This document shows positions 33,450 through 49,051 of a stretch of DNA of 64,000 bases, one piece after another. Under the pieces are notes generated by a model that was given only the letters and a program-made list of their open reading frames with translations, was not told where the DNA came from and searched no databases. This stretch comes from Lingula anatina (taxonomy: Eukaryota; Animalia; Brachiopoda), in the NCBI GenBank assembly GCA_051362555.1, contig CM120643.1, positions 12,498,644 to 12,562,643 of the forward strand, read 5' to 3'. A program made the translations under genes and the position numbers. Position 1 is the first letter of the stretch, and every line of letters starts with the position of its first letter.

Positions 33450-36400
33450 CTAAGAAGCTGCGATAGGCTTTGGTGACTCTGCGGAGCTGGCGTAGTGGGA
33501 CTTGAGGTGAAGTTCTAGAGCTCCTGGCGATGAGCACATCTTACTACAGATGTGGCAGGTCGTCTTCCAAACCCAGGTTTGACTCCGAGGCGAGTCTAGC
33601 GATCGATCAGGGGCAGGGGAAACGGGGGAAGATTTTCTTGACTCATTCTCGCTGTTTACTGATTTTGAAGGTGATGGCGGAGAGGCCACTGGAGAAACGG
33701 ACCTGTCACGGTGTTCCACAGAGGCAGTGGTGGTAATGGGAAAGTAGGCATTAGCTTTCATGTAGGCCTCTGCTGTTGAGCTGGTCGGCAGGTAGCCATT
33801 CATCAGCATGGGGTTTGGGAGGGGACCAAAACTTCCATTGAGACCTTGTATAACTGAGATCTCATTCATTTTAGAAGCCAGGCCATTCATAAAGGGTGGA
33901 TACTGAAAGTAAATATCGTTAGGTGATCGATGCGAAAAGCTCCCCAAGTACTCTGCCTCCTTGTGATTCATACTCAGAGCCAATGGGTTCTCTACAGACA
34001 TGCGCCGTCCTCTTCTAGATGGGCTGTTGTTCCACATGTGTGTCCCCATGTGAACCTTGAGGTTCCCTTTTGTCGTGAAAGCCTTGCCACAGACAGTACA
34101 CTTGAAAGGCTTGTCTCCAGTATGGGTGCGAAAGTGGATCTGAAGAGCACTGGCGCTGGAGAACTGTTTGTAGCACACCGAGCATTGGTGCTTGTTCAAC
34201 TGACGTGGTCTGGAGGACTCAGGCGGTCGACTCTCTGCCGACGTGTGATGGTGTGTCTTGATGGCCTCCTCTGTTCTTGGTTTATTTTCTTCTTTACTTG
34301 GCGTCAAAAAGTGTCCCTCTTTTTTGGTCACTTCAACACCGTGCTCCTCCATATTGTTGTTATTGGCAAGTGCTTTGGATGAAAGGTCACATACATTGTG
34401 GGTCAGCATGTGTTGTCTCATGTTCCCCTTGGTAGAAAACCTCTTGTCGCAGGCCTCACACTTGAAGGGTCTCTCTTTGGTATGGCTTCTGTAGTGAATC
34501 CCTAAAGCGCTGCGACAAGCAAAGGTCTTGTAGCAGATGTTACAGGTGGTGCTGGCATTATCAAAGGGGAGGCCACCCTGTGAGGAGGCATTGGAGAGAT
34601 CCCCAGCACTGTCCACAGAGCAGGCACTGCCGGCCGGGGACTGGGATCTGTGGGAGGTATGGCCAACTTTAACCATGGGTGGACTCCTACTTCTGTCTGC
34701 ATCAGAATCAGTGAATGCAGGTCTCTCTGGTGACGACATCTCCCCATTTGGGCCTGGAGGTTTGGGACTTGGAGACTGACTTTCATTTCTTTTCTCCATC
34801 TCCTGTGTCATCCGTTCTAACTGACGCACGGAGTCCGTGGCAGAAGGGTTTTCCTCTTCATCGTTGTTGTATTTATAATCTTTTTCTCTCTGCAGGGCAG
34901 ATGTGATGTGATCTCTCAGGGGATGTTGCTGCTGCTGTGGCTGGTGGTGGTCAAGATTCTCCTCCTCAGTGGGTGTGACTTCTTTTTTGCCTGTGTCTCC
35001 CCCTGGTGGCCTGGGTATTTTGTTATCAATGGCATTGACTCTCTCTTCCAAGGCAGCCAGGGACATGGAGTAGGAGCCGTAGGGGCTGGTGATGACCGAG
35101 GGAGGACTCATCATGGAAGAGGTGCTATACGGCATGCCCAGTGACCAGGGTGAATGGCCACCAAACTGGGCTGCAGCATACGCACTGTACGCCTTTTGCA
35201 TCTCCTCTAAGGGGGTGAGGTTGTAGCGAATCTCCCCACTATTGGTTGACCCAGAGGGCGAGGCAAGGGGACTGCCCGAGCTGGCAGACACATGGGATGT
35301 TCTGTTTTGGGAGAGCTTCTCAGGGGTGCCAGATCTCTCTTCAGCATCAGAATCCATATCCCCAGCATCTTCTCTAGGTTCTGTGTTGCCATTCAAATGA
35401 TGGGAATCTGTGTCCATGGCTTCATGGAGCTCATCATTTTCAAGTCGCCTGTCTGCTGCACTGATTTCTTTTTTCTCAGGTGAATTGATATCCTTCCTGA
35501 GGTCCAACCCCTGCTCAGGCAGGTGAGACATTGGTATGGCAGACAAGGGGCGATATGGCAGCGAGTCCTCACGGCGGAAGGGTGGAGGGTAATGCGGCAT
35601 GGAGGTGGAGATACCTGCAGTATGCATGCGAATATGCTGTTGTAGCACCAAGACATTGGTAAACTGCTTGTGGCACACAGGGCACTGGTGCATCAACCTC
35701 ATGGGAGACTTAACACGGTGAACACCCATGTGGGTCTTCAGGTTCCCCTTGGTTGTGAATGCACGGCCACAGATCTTACACTTGAATGGCCGCTCCCCGG
35801 TGTGGATCCGATAGTGCATCTGTAAAGCACTCTTACAGCTCAGCACTCGGTTACAAATGGCACATTGATTGGGGTCAGTCACCTTCCTATCCAGGCTGTC
35901 CACCAGACGCTGTAGTTTTGACGTCTCAGATGGTGTGATCTCCATGAATTCTTCCATGGATTCCACAGGGTCCTTGTCTGGGGGAACCACCACTGGAGTG
36001 AAACTTGGATCCGGTTTCATCCCTGGCAGAGGAAATGGCGGCAGCGTGGCCGGTATGGGACTGACCAATGGGCTTGTGTTACACTTCACAGCAGGGGGCC
36101 CAGATGGCGCTGGAACTTCGGCATCAGTGGTTGATATGGCAGTTGACAATGGAGGTACGGTGGCTTCTTCTTTCGCCGGAGGTGCCACAACTGCCGCAGT
36201 ATCCTGTGATTTTTGCTCCGATGGTGTGGGACTTTCAGGAGGAGGCTCAGCAGAAGTTGAGGGAGGTGCTGAGGGTGCCGATGACTGTGTCGACATCGAT
36301 GCTGAAGCCTGAAGTGGCACTGAAGTAGGTGGCAGCGGTGTCCCATCGTCACTACTGCTGTGTTGAGACAACAAATGTGGTGGCGCAGACACTGAGGTAA

Positions 36401-36580
36401 GTGTAGAGGGCAGCAGCATGCCTCTTGGCTTACTCGGCTCTCGATCAAGATATTCTGGAACAGGGTGTGGATTCATCTTTATGTGTGGGTACCTGGCCTT
36501 GTGGCGGGAGAAGTGAACCTTCAGGTTGCCCTTGGTAGAAAACCTGTTGCCACACACATTACACTTGAATGGACGCTCCC
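33450..36580 (-). CDS. SALL: Spalt-like (SALL) zinc-finger transcription factor, last exon
   Basis: Four SAL-boxes (F[ST]TKGN[LM][KR]), ZF clusters 2-4, [13 protein letters not shown] and K.NEISVIQ motifs, plus an extra C-terminal finger. atttcag acceptor, phase 1; TAG at 33450. Confidence 0.97.
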
Positions 36581-39500
36581 CTGAAATATAGAAAGAGAAG
36601 ATTTAAATACAATGTTATATTTTGAGTCACACTCTATACAGATCCACATGGTCCCTTGCAATTTAAATACATAGATATTTTTTAATCGAGCCTCCTTAAA
36701 TATCAATATTTTATCATTAAGTTCTTTTCATTCTTGGCATAGCTGTACAGTTCCATTTCAAACACAGCACAGTTGTACTGTTTTTTACAGTTCCTCTTAA
36801 AAAGAGAACTTCAAGAAAACAAAATCTTAATTTTCAAAAACCCTTCAAACTTTTAACATTTCCTCTGAGAAAAGAAACCATAAATAGAAAACCCAGGACC
36901 GATACTCCCAATATTTGTATAACAATGAAATGAAACATCAGCACGGAAAATAGATTTTTAAACAGAACATCTGCTTGGAACTGTGAAGTACGTTCGGGTG
37001 TGATGGGCTGTCGAGCAGTTGAAATAATTAGACTCAATACCCTCTGGCAGACAAAAATCAATACAACCCATCACTATCTTCATATACAACTAATATCGCC
37101 AATAAATCTGCTGTGCCATCATATTTCCCATATCAGTGGTGATGGCCAATTTATTATAGGGCCCTAGACAGTTCAAACTCTCAACAACACAGGGGTTGAT
37201 ATCATCATAATTCCTTCTCAGTATGACAAATTGCTTGTAGCTTTTTGACAAATTCTGTCATCAGGACATTTGTCAAGTGAAGTGATTCTTATTAAACAAT
37301 TTCTTCTCCAAATACAGACAAATTAATTCTGCACTCTTTTGACCAGACCAGTTACTTCCATTTTTTTTCCTAAATAGAAGGATTTTTTTCCTGAACACTT
37401 GAGATTATCTGATATCGACATTTGCACAAAAATAATCATTTAGTACACGGAATAGAGACCTGTGAGAAATAACAGTCTATCCTTGCCTGGGGCCTGCTGG
37501 ACCGCCTTTGCATCAGCTTACTTTATTATAGCAGTGTACATGTGGGATATCAACTTTTTTCATGCCCTGACTGACAGAGATGAATCTCAAAATTTTAGCA
37601 CTGAATGAGCATGGCAAACCTCTGCTTACTTGTATTTCCCTTAAGGGATTTCCTGGCCAATCATATGTTCATAAATAATAACAGATAGCTTTCCTGTGTT
37701 AATTAAAACCCTAACTTTGTCACAATTCTTGTTAATATTTTATGGTGCAAACTTATGAATAACTCATAATCTCTCCGCACTGTTATTAAGCTAGATCTTA
37801 CGTATTTTTCATCAGATTGTTGGCTGAAAAGCCAGCTGTAGAGAATTTATATGGAGAGCTCGTTTCTGATCAAAGTTCTCAGGAGGTTAATCCTTCAAGG
37901 ATAATAACACTAAGAAAACTAAGAAAAGTTTATATACATCAACAACCAATTTTTATTTTATTTCATTTTATTATTTTTTTTTTAATTTTATAAGTATATT
38001 AGGTTTGGCACTTTATCCTTACATATCTTCTCCAAGCCTAAAATGTTTAAGAAAACTCAGTATTGTTAAACATGACCTTTCTTTCTGAAACTAACCATCT
38101 CCTTCTATACCTCTTATTTTCCCATTTAAATTGTTTGCTCATCTGATTCACCTATTAACGCAGTATTACAAACCCTTTCCACTTCATCAATTTCTCTACA
38201 AGGTAAAGTCAATTTACCACTGTGTTATTTTTCAAACATTTTGAATTTTTTCCTGTTTTCATTATCATGTTTCCAGAAAATATTCCATCTGAAATAAACC
38301 TCATTAAAACCAAACAAATAAAAAAATGACTCATTTCCTTCCACAGAAGACACTACTATCTTTTCTTTTCAACATTTTTGTGTTTGTTTGATGTGTGTAA
38401 CAAATGCATGTCAACCTGCTCCTTTCTCCTGCCCCAATCTAATCTTCCTTCCAACATTTAAAAGAATAGCAACTGAGGTTGAATTTTCAACTTCTGACTT
38501 GCCTCAGTTGAAAAGAAGTCTACTGTTACTTAACCTCCAAAACAGATAATCTACCTCAAAATATGGTTCTTGCCATTAAGATGAGAGGCGCAGAACAAGA
38601 ATGTTAACATTCGCAAGAAGTGTCAGGCAAAAATATATTTGAGAAATGACATCATCAAAAATATACTTAAAAGAGAGAGAGAGAGAGTGCACTTCTCATT
38701 CCAGTTTAAGTGGTAATTTTATAAACAGTAACATCCCTGTTGCCTGAAATCAGTGCTTACATGGTTCAATTCACCGCATGCTTTGTTACAAATCATAAAA
38801 TAGACAAAAAATGTTTCAAACATTTGACCAGATATTAAAACAAGGCAGCAAAGATCATGACTTTCTCTTCTCTTCTTTCAGTGTTTAGTTTTTTTATGAA
38901 AAAAGAAAATTTTGTATTTATGTCATGATTTTTTTGTTCTGTCATACTGATAAATAACATATTCATGATTTTTGCCAATACTAGTTTTGTTTTATTTGAA
39001 GAATATATTTGTGTGATATCTCCCTGATCTATGAGTTGCTCTTCTATGTTATACAATCACTTGGCCAATAGGCAATTCACCCTCGACTTCCTCCACTAAA
39101 AGGTAGGTTAGTTTGGTTTCTATGTCCATTTAACAGTGAAAATTGCCCATTTATACAAAGCACTATGGGAAATCACAGCCCCATAAAAATCAGTCTGTGT
39201 ATTAACAGCTCAGATCAGCCATTTTATCAGCATTGTCCATATGTAACCTTATTTTTCAAAGATGCAAGTGAAATAGATTTTTTAATGTATAAATGGATGG
39301 TTTTTTCTATTTTTCAAAAAAAAAAAAAAAACAGAAGTGCCTTAGCGTACAATGTATAACTAGAAATATAACATTGGCTTACATATATGTATATTTGACA
39401 TAACAAATTCTTCAGCTATGAGGAGTTCAGTCACAATTCTACTAAATAAGTTTTTTAAACAGTCAAAGTCAATATCTAAACAAAAGTTCTAAACCCAATA

Positions 39501-41418
39501 ACTTAACTTCTTCTTGTTTGGTCAATATCTTTAAAATTAAAAGTTTAATGACTGATTTGTTAAATTTGTTCAGTTAATCCAAAGTGTCTAAGAATTATAA
39601 GAAACCACCTGCTCCAGCAACACTATTTTTTATTACACAGAATTTTTTTCACATATATATATATACTACTGCATATTACTATATGAAATTATCCTTATTT
39701 CTTGAACAATTAATATTATATCTAAAAACATCTGTCATCACATCATTTCACTTAAAGAAGCATTTTGTTGACTTGAAATAAAAGGCACTTTGTGTCACAT
39801 TGTTAAGGTTTTTCACCTTTAAAATCCCTAATGTTTCTTAGATGGAAGACATATTTGTCAGCTCACATTCTGGGCTTAGATAAGACTTATTTAAATCTGA
39901 TAATGGTTACTTAAATAGATATTCAACATTCTAGAATTGAAGACTGTAATGCCAGAAATTTGTTATGCTTTCGCTTAAATGTGACCTACAAGTTTCTAGT
40001 AAAGTGCAACATGTTTTTAGCATATTAAAAAGGCATACTTTTATAGAAACAGGCACGTAGTCCAATACTAGTACCATCTGATATTTGTCCTTACATTTAG
40101 TTCATGATAATTAACCATTTTAAATCATCATTTCTCCATCCGTCCCATGCCTATCATGAGCTATCAAGTTGAATGTATGCAGAATATGCATGTTAAGCAA
40201 GACCAGATTATTCTATGTTCTCTATTAAAATCGTATTTACTTCCAATATAATCTTATGTCTTTCAAATGTGCTGTTCTTTTATTCTCGGCATTTCATGTT
40301 ACAAATGTACGTAAGTCAAGTGCCAGGTACATAACTGCCCTTAAGATGGATATTGGGTGTTACCATCAAAATCAAAATTCTAATGACAAAAAGATTTGAG
40401 GCATGCCTAAATGAATGGCCCAGCAGACCAAAGTCAAAGGGCGGAACTATCTCTTCAAAATCCACATAGAATTTCAATTTGTTTAAACTGTAGACAATCA
40501 CTGAACTTTAACAGACGTTCTTTTGAAATGAATTCCACATTTTATGAGCCACCCCAGAACTTGATATCCCATGTGCATCTTATTTTTTGTCATTTTGTCA
40601 ACTTTTTTTTTATTTCTAAAAAAAAAAATCAAAATAAGCTGAAGTAGCATCTGGGTAACTGGAGAAGAAATAATTTGAGTCATTTCTGCATTTGGAAGAA
40701 TTTTGTCGCATGATAAAAATCCTGGTATGTTTTCTTCGTTAACCAATGACAAAGAAATGAATACAAGCAAAACATGGGGATTGTCTTCAAGACTAAACCT
40801 ATCACAACTGATTAATTTTTTGAGTCTGGAATTCCTCTTATTCATTCTGTTTGCAGATAAATTTTGCCCAAAGACCTGAAATATGTACCAAAGATAAGAT
40901 GCCACACCCACCACCCATTACGCCATTAAAAAATTGCATCAGGGAGACAAGGATACACCTACTATCTGTTTCCCCAACATCCACCATTACAGAAAAACTT
41001 AAAGCTGTAATCACAACTCACACCCATTGTTACACACATTTGTGGCTCCTAGTTTCAGTCCCTCTCAGAATGATATAAATGGTGGGCCTGTCCTATTTCC
41101 CACCTCCCCATCACCCCACCCCCCACCTCCACCCCCACCCCCTCCTCTGCCACATCTTCAAGACAAATGACACTCAGCAGATTCAAGCAGATGTATGTTT
41201 TTATTAATCTTGAGATTTCATTTCTATTGCAAAATTCTGAATTAAAAATTATGGCAAATTACACAGAAATAAAAATTTGAGATAAATTTTGACTTTTTCA
41301 GCAAATCTAAAAAAAAAAAAGAAAAAGACCCAAAAAGTAGGCTGTAGTTATATCTTTGCCTCCTCCCCTCCCCCCCCCCCCCAAGCTTCCCTAAAGTCTC
41401 CTAAATGTAAGACAGTAC

Positions 41419-41559
41419 CTGTGTGTGAGCGCACGTGTATCTGCAGAGCGCTGTCACTGCCGAAAACTTTGTGACAAAAACGACACTTGTGTTTGAAAAA
41501 TGGGTCGTCGCTTGCGTAGTGAGACCTTTCCATGCCCACGGTGACATTTGGTGGTTTAC
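41419..41559 (-). CDS. SALL: SALL internal exon (first finger of ZF cluster 1)
   Basis: GKPPNV...[30 protein letters not shown]; ttgcag acceptor, G|gtactg donor, 141 bp, phase 1-1. Confidence 0.95.
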
Positions 41560-44500
41560 CTGCAAAGACAGGCACATGGAATTACTTGAATCATAATGAT
41601 AATCAAAATAACAGATATTATGAAAATGGAATATCCTTGTAATTTAGTTTAGTGTTAATTTATATCATATTCTTTGAGAAATTTGGCTATATTTAAAGCA
41701 AAGACAGACATACAAAGACAAACAAAACAAATTAATAATGCAAAACATAAATTCTAAATTGGCTAAGTTCTTTCACACTTATAATAAAAGAACAAAGACT
41801 CCTTGCCAAAATTGATCATATGATTATATTTCATGTCATACTGGTCAGCAATTCTTGTCACAATCCTAGCAGTGCACGGTTTATTAGGAACAAATTGTTC
41901 ATCTGAACATGTTAATATCGACTACATCTCATAGGATATTTGAACATGACTCGAATTCCCCCAACATGTATCAGAATGCTAACACACCAGCCCATATCAG
42001 TTTTATATCCACCATCATATCCCAGATGCATGAGCGAATTAATCCAAGTGCAAACCTTGTAGGCGGACAGTTCACGGTTACTTGGAAAATGAAATGTGAA
42101 TAAAAACCAGGAAGATGGATTTATCCGGGAAATATTTCTGGGACTTCTCCAAAGGAAGGGTCTCTAAATTGCTATAAAACTAAAGATGTATGAGCAGGTT
42201 TGATAAATGTTGTGCAATTTCATCTACTTCTGCCATTGCTTCCCGAAACCCATTCTCAGCACAGTCCTGAATATCAGAGAGGGCAATAGGGCCATGTCAG
42301 CCGAGACCTGAGGGGCCCTAGGGCCTAAAAATACAAGAAAATCATCCACAGGCATCTAAACTGGGCCAAAATACACCAAATGAAGTCTTGGAACATGGAC
42401 GCCCATGAGTGGTTTTTAAAAATTCATCTGTAGGGCATGGGCATGAATGACCTACACCATAAAATGGATTTTGTCTATATCTATTATGTAAAATCTGACT
42501 TTTTTATGTCTGCAGAGTGATTTCAGTTGTTCTGAGTGGACTGTGATCTGAGCAGTGCCTAATGGCCTGGTCAAGATTAATTGATTTTTATTTCTGCCAC
42601 TGTCTACGAGACATAACAAGCTTTATAGCTAGCAAATTAAGAAATATTGCTAATATGCTGCAATCCAAGAATCATTTGTTGGCTTTTTCAACATTGGGTG
42701 CACAATAATAATCACTATTGGTCACCAGCCAAGATGTACACCAGCAAAGTTTCTGTTGTTCATAAATAATAAGATGATTTTTTATTTCTCCAGCATTCTT
42801 TTTAAATATTGACATATTGCAGAAATACAAGTATGAATGGTCATTTTTCACTAACAAAGTATGTGAAGCTGTTTGTGTTATGGCAAGTGATAAATCACTA
42901 AACTGTAACAGTCCCTATCGTTTCCCAATATTTTCTCATGTCTCAAAACAAGGTCCCAGGATCATTTGTTTACTAAAAATTCAGAAATATTGCAAAAATA
43001 TGACTTCATAGATTTATCTTCTTCCCTTTATTCTTTCATTTAGTCTGTAGTGTTTGCAAGCAAGGTTTGCTGCTTACATGAGAAACAGAGAATGTAAAAT
43101 ATGTCTTGTCCCCCCTTTATTTCAGTTAATTTCAATAAATTGCAGCTTTCCTTTCCTAACAACCAAAAGCAGATTCATGTTCTCACTTACCAATACATAT
43201 TCTCACTGAGAAATACAATAAAATATAAATCTTCTTTCTTTTCAAACTTAAGTAAACATATACTGACAAATTAAACAATGTACTTACAAGAGTTAGGTAC
43301 AGATTCTATTGAAACAATTGTGTATGTTTCTATTGCTGCTAAAATTTCAAAACAGTTACACAAAATCATTTAAAACCCATTTAAAACATGTTTGTGTTTC
43401 ACAATGACGAGAGGTAAGATAAAAAAAATTATCAGAATTTAAAAACCTACTTTCAAACAGTGTTTTGAATCAATGAAGGGGGTGAGGCTAACATTGGCCA
43501 TTTGAGTAAAAAAAAAAACAAACAAAAGCCTTTTTAAAATCAATTTTAACAGACTATTTTACACCAATAATTAGTTTCTATGCCTTTCACAGCAACCTTT
43601 GCGACTTGTGAGTTGCGTGATGCAATTAGTGCAATAATAATACCTTTGAGAATATGCAGCAACAGATGATGTCAAGATAAAACAACTATTAATCTGGTAT
43701 TTGTCCAAGTTGGCATAAATTGACAGTTCTTGCCGGTTATCTCGGGGTTGTCACCAAAATTCAGAGTTTTAAAAAAGATAAGACTTTAAACAGTCAACAT
43801 ACATATAAGGGTGGGCACTAGAGTAAACATATTATTTGGAATCAAGAACGGTGAAATTAAAGATATTTAACCACTGTAACATAAGACAGTTACTCTATGT
43901 ACAGAATGTCATTTTTGACAAGCTAAACCTCCTATGGCTTGTTAGAAGTTGACTGAATGGATGATTTTTTTATTCTTCTTAAGTTGCATTAAACATGCAA
44001 ATGGTTTCAAGTGTTTTCAACTTCTTTTTAATCCACGAGGACATTTTCCTGAAAATGAATAATCTGGGTGGTTTCCATGTCAAGTATGAGAGGAGCCAAA
44101 GTTAGTTTATCTGCAGAATGCATTTCCAAAAGGATAAAATATTTTACATTTGATATCTGCTTTCATAGGTTTCAAAAGTTCCAAATGTCAATATACACTC
44201 TTTTGAGGATTTTAATCCATTTATCAACACTGTGCCTGTAGGCAAAAAGGAAAAAAACTGATGACTTAGAGACTAACTGTGAAATATGTCACAAAAGTAA
44301 CAAGACAAAATCATTTTAATAACAAAAAATTGCCAAATACAAAATACTCTTAACCATTATTAAAGCAACATTGTATTTTCTGTGAGTTTATTCAAACAGC
44401 ACAGACATTTTTCTGAAAATCAAATTTTTTTATTCTTATTTATTATTCTTATTATTTTTTTCTTTCAGTCATCCAGTAGAATTAGAATAAAATTCTGGAA

Positions 44501-45533
44501 CTTATGAAGCAAAAAATTTGGCGACCAACTGATGTATGGCACTTAAAAGGTGACCAGTCCATCTAGGTCATTATACAGTGAAAAGTGCCAGGGTAAAACC
44601 GCAATGCTGGTTGGTAGGTTGGTCATTGAATGTTACCATGTACATTCCAGAATTTGATCTACATGTGTTCCTGTATCAATGTTCAAAAATGTTTTCTATA
44701 TAATGCAAATCCTCCAATGAAAAGGTAAACATTAATAAAATCTAAAGAACACAGAGACTCCTCAAGACAAAGCTAATATATGACTTCGATCAACTAGTTC
44801 AACTCAATGTGAGCCACCTTATTTAAATATAATCAAATCACCAGGATTTTTCTGGGATTAGTTATGAACTTTTGTGCTTAAGTATGGATTTATACCTTGA
44901 AAAGCCATTTTTCAGCCATTGGTATTCTAATGCAGCTTTATCTCTGCAGGAATGTTGTTTGTTTATTGGTGTATACATGTCCAGGCTGAGGAAAAAAACA
45001 TACGATCCAGTTCACACTAGATTTAGACGGTTCAAATATGAATCCACTTGCATCAGAATGACCTTGTTCAAACAATCTTAACTCCAATGAACTCTGTTTA
45101 TAGGTTGCATTCTATTCCTTACACAACAGATAAAAAGTATGCCATTGGACTTAACACTGATTGGACCTGGACTTCTCTAAAAATTACCTTTCACTACGTA
45201 AGTTGGACACATTCAGTTGAGAACTTTCTGGGCACGGTGTGAATGTGCCCTACACTGTAGATTGGCAGTGTTGGACTCCTCAGACAATCCATAAACAACA
45301 CAAGCAATATATACAAGAATTATTAAAGCTAGAGGAATGAACATAGGTTAAACCATCAATGTAAACTATGGACTTGTTTTCTCAGCTTTTCTGAATATGG
45401 CCCGAGCATGTGAGCGAGATGTCAGTGAAGAAAAAAATTAATTTTTCTTTGTTCCCACCATTTATGTTTTTCATATTTCTTCATTTACTTTTCGTGGCAG
45501 TAAAATTCCTAAAATCATGAAAAAGTTTGAAAA

Positions 45534-45535
<2 letters not shown>

Positions 45536-45575
<40 letters not shown>
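45536..45575. repeat. (GT)n microsatellite
   Basis: Dinucleotide run in a SALL intron. Confidence 0.95.
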
Positions 45576-45577
<2 letters not shown>

Positions 45578-48500
45578 GCGCCAGTATGCCCATCTGAGAA
45601 AGAGAGATAGATACAAAAAAAAAAATACAACACACAAAATCAGTACATCACAATGCGTGTATGTGGCAATATATGAGCTTCAAGAGGAAAATACAGTTAA
45701 TAGATAGAAAGGCAATTAAGCAAAGAAGCAATAAAAATCTGATTTTTGTTTTCATTCTTCAGCAGTAAAAACAAGCAAGTAAGCAGACATTCCAACTGAG
45801 CCGGAAAACACCTTGCCATTCCACCTCTTTCCACAGTTCAACGAAATACCATAAAGTTCATTTCTCTGCAGATATAATTTCCTTTATTTCACTTATTTCT
45901 CTGGGCAGAGATTGAAGATGGATCCATAAAACTCCAGGTCAGCCATAAAACATTCACATTACTCAGGAAGGAAGCACTTGGCACTAATTTGTAGCCACTG
46001 AGTTATGGGTCAAATAGATCAGCCATTCCCATCCATGCCAATTCGGCAAAGAATTATGAATATTTCTGAGACTGCTTCAACAGAAAAAAGTATATACTAC
46101 AGAACCAAAGTGTTTTGCCCAAACTAAGTTAAAGACTTCCATGTACAGCTTATATGTAAAAGGGGGCTGTGCTGATCTATAAGAGTCTGGCACAATATGT
46201 CAGACTGTCGTTTTCAGTTTAAAAAGCAATTAATAATACAGTTCCTTTAGAGAAAAAAATATTCGGGGTCTGGTCATTTTTAGTAGAGCTTTTCCTTCTC
46301 CCATATGATTTTTTATAATAAGATATGTTCACTAAAGGTGGCAGCACAGGTCCTATGGGTAATTTGAGCTCATTTTGAACCGTGTTTGTTGAAAGGTATT
46401 CTATGCCCTGTTGAAACCTAGACAAATGTCAGTAATCAACATTTTAAAACAATTGAGAGCCCTTCTGCACTAATACTTGTAGATGCTTAATAACAATTAG
46501 ATTTTCGACAGCCTCCCACCAGCCAGGGATATTTGTTTAATGATAAATCGCACATGGGAAATAAATTCACATGACAGTAATAAAATGTGATGTTTATGTC
46601 TTCTACACATACCTCCCCTCATCTCAGGTTTATGAAATATATATATCATAAAATGACTCAGAACACCCAGGCCTTTGTAACAGCACACCAAACAAAGCAA
46701 TTTATAACTTCTGCACACAAGATTTCTTTCATGCTTAAATTTCACAGTTGTAAACTGAGTTCATTTTTTTCCTTACTTTGAAATCTTTCATTAATCCTCT
46801 TACGGTTTTTTGAAGAAAACAGGTCATGCCAAATAACATAGCAACCTCATATCATTTTAAAACAGAGAGCTTTTCTCCCTTTGAGTCATTAAAATCAGGT
46901 TTCCAAAATAAAAGGAAAAAATCAACATAAGTATACTGTGCAGTACCCACAATTATATAAACACAGACAAAGACGGCAGACAATGTAATTTTTTTATCTC
47001 TCGGCTCTGTTCTCAGCAGTAAGTTCTTATTAAATTTGACGAGGAACACATCAGTTGAGCATGAAACTGCTGAATTTCTGCGGTGGCAGGTCGGGGCCTG
47101 TGATTGGCCTACTGCAGTTTGAGCAGCGAGACCCAACAGGGCATCCCATCTCTTTGCAACCTACCAACTAGAAACAGAATGCATTAGATAAATTTCACAG
47201 CCATACACCACCCAGGGCCTCAGTTCAACCACAGGAGCCTCTCAACATGGGTTTGTATGTCATCCTCCTAATTATCCATGTTACTGGCCCCTGGCAAGTG
47301 TAAGAAGCCCCAGCATGGGCAAGTCAATAAATCTTTCCAACACCATCAAGTGTAAACATGGGCCCTCTTGACTGTGTGTCAGTCTATATAGAATACACAA
47401 TCATGGAATAGAATATACAATTATGATATCTACGGCCATAATCGGTATGCTCTCTCAATCGATAAATATCTTCACCAAAGAAAAGATCCGGGGTCCCTTA
47501 AACTTCTCATCTTGTCAAATCTATCAGAATCTGCCACAAACAGAGGTAGAGTTTCTTCTATGCTTGGAGGACATCAAAGAGAAATGGGACAAAAAGCTTG
47601 TCAATGATATTACACCGAGGTTGCGATCTTTATATTGGGATTATTTTCTACATTTTGCCATCAGGACAGACTTTAGTTCTTAATAAAGTTGCCCACTTTG
47701 AACGGATCAAAGAGGGCCTCGGCAGTGAGCCCCTATTACGTTACTTTATGAGTTATGCCAGTGTGAACACTCAAAACCACCACAAAAAATCAGCCTGACT
47801 GTTAGCATTAAGAACCAATGAAACCGACTGAAAAACGATCCTCAATAACATCTGCTGAAGCTTGGCCTCCAGATAAAATATCAAGATTTAAACCAGTTAT
47901 TCTTGAATGGGTGAAAATATTTCTCCAAATTTTCCAAATCAAGTTACTTGCTATTCTTGCCAAAAGTCACCATGGTGGAAAAATTGGCATTACAGAAACC
48001 ATAAGAGCATCACTGGATATATACATTTGTACTACTTGAATTGACTTCACAAAAAAAATCTGCGGTAATTCTTATCAGCCTTCAGGCTCTACCGAACCAC
48101 CTAAAAGTCACCTAGGATTTATTAGATAAACAAAACTTTAATTTTGATATACAGGCATTTCAGGGGCACAAGAACCCTCATAGAGTTTTAGTCTGCGAAA
48201 AAAGGATGTTAAATCAGAGCAAATCATTGGATAATTTAAATACACTGCCACTGAAATACGCCCAATAACAAACCTTGTACCAATTACTGCTGAACTGCAT
48301 TTAATTTTTTTCTAATCTCTGGTTTATATCTTTTACCAGAATCTCCTATGAACTGTGCTATTTTTTCGGGATTTTTTTTCTCGGCTAGTCTGTTATTGAA
48401 GTTCTTAATTTGACATGTATGCCAAGACAAAATTAGAGTCCAGAGAAAGAAGATATAACTTCTTTTAGCTGCCAGACATTACAAATGGCCTAATCGTTCT

Positions 48501-49051
48501 TTTTTTCATGCTTTTATTGCCTTTTGCTTTCTTTACCTCTTATTCTTTTTTTCTTTTCTTTTTTTCCCTGTGGTTAGATAAAGATTAAACTTTTGAACCT
48601 TGACAAACAAAGAAACTGACCAGTAGTTACAGAAGTGGCCCAAATCCACTTATTTTTGTAGCTAGGCCGGGATATAAAACAAAGAAAAAGATCAAACTGT
48701 GACAGAACCTTGGACATATCCCAATTGGTCTCTGTTTTATCTAAATGCTTTTTTCCCCCAACAATACGAGAATACACCATCAGACAATTTGTAATGCTAT
48801 TTAAACACTCAAAGGGGATTCACTAATTTGGTCATTCAACTGAAGCTGTAATCAGCCATTAAGCAAAAAAAAAAAAAAAACAAGGTAAAGATGAGAGAGA
48901 GAAAGAGCGAGCGGTGACATGAAAAAGAACACATATTTAGAAACAAGATGCACAGAAAAAATCAGAGTCACAACAGCCAGGCACTAATACAAATAAACAG
49001 ATAGAGATCTTTTAATTATCGAAATATAATCAAAGCAAAATAAAGCCATAC

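Noticed and set aside
33530-36448. Numerous overlapping antisense or alternate-frame ORFs inside SALL (also inside CTCF and the ATP-grasp exon)
   Set aside because: Shadow ORFs of GC-richer coding sequence.
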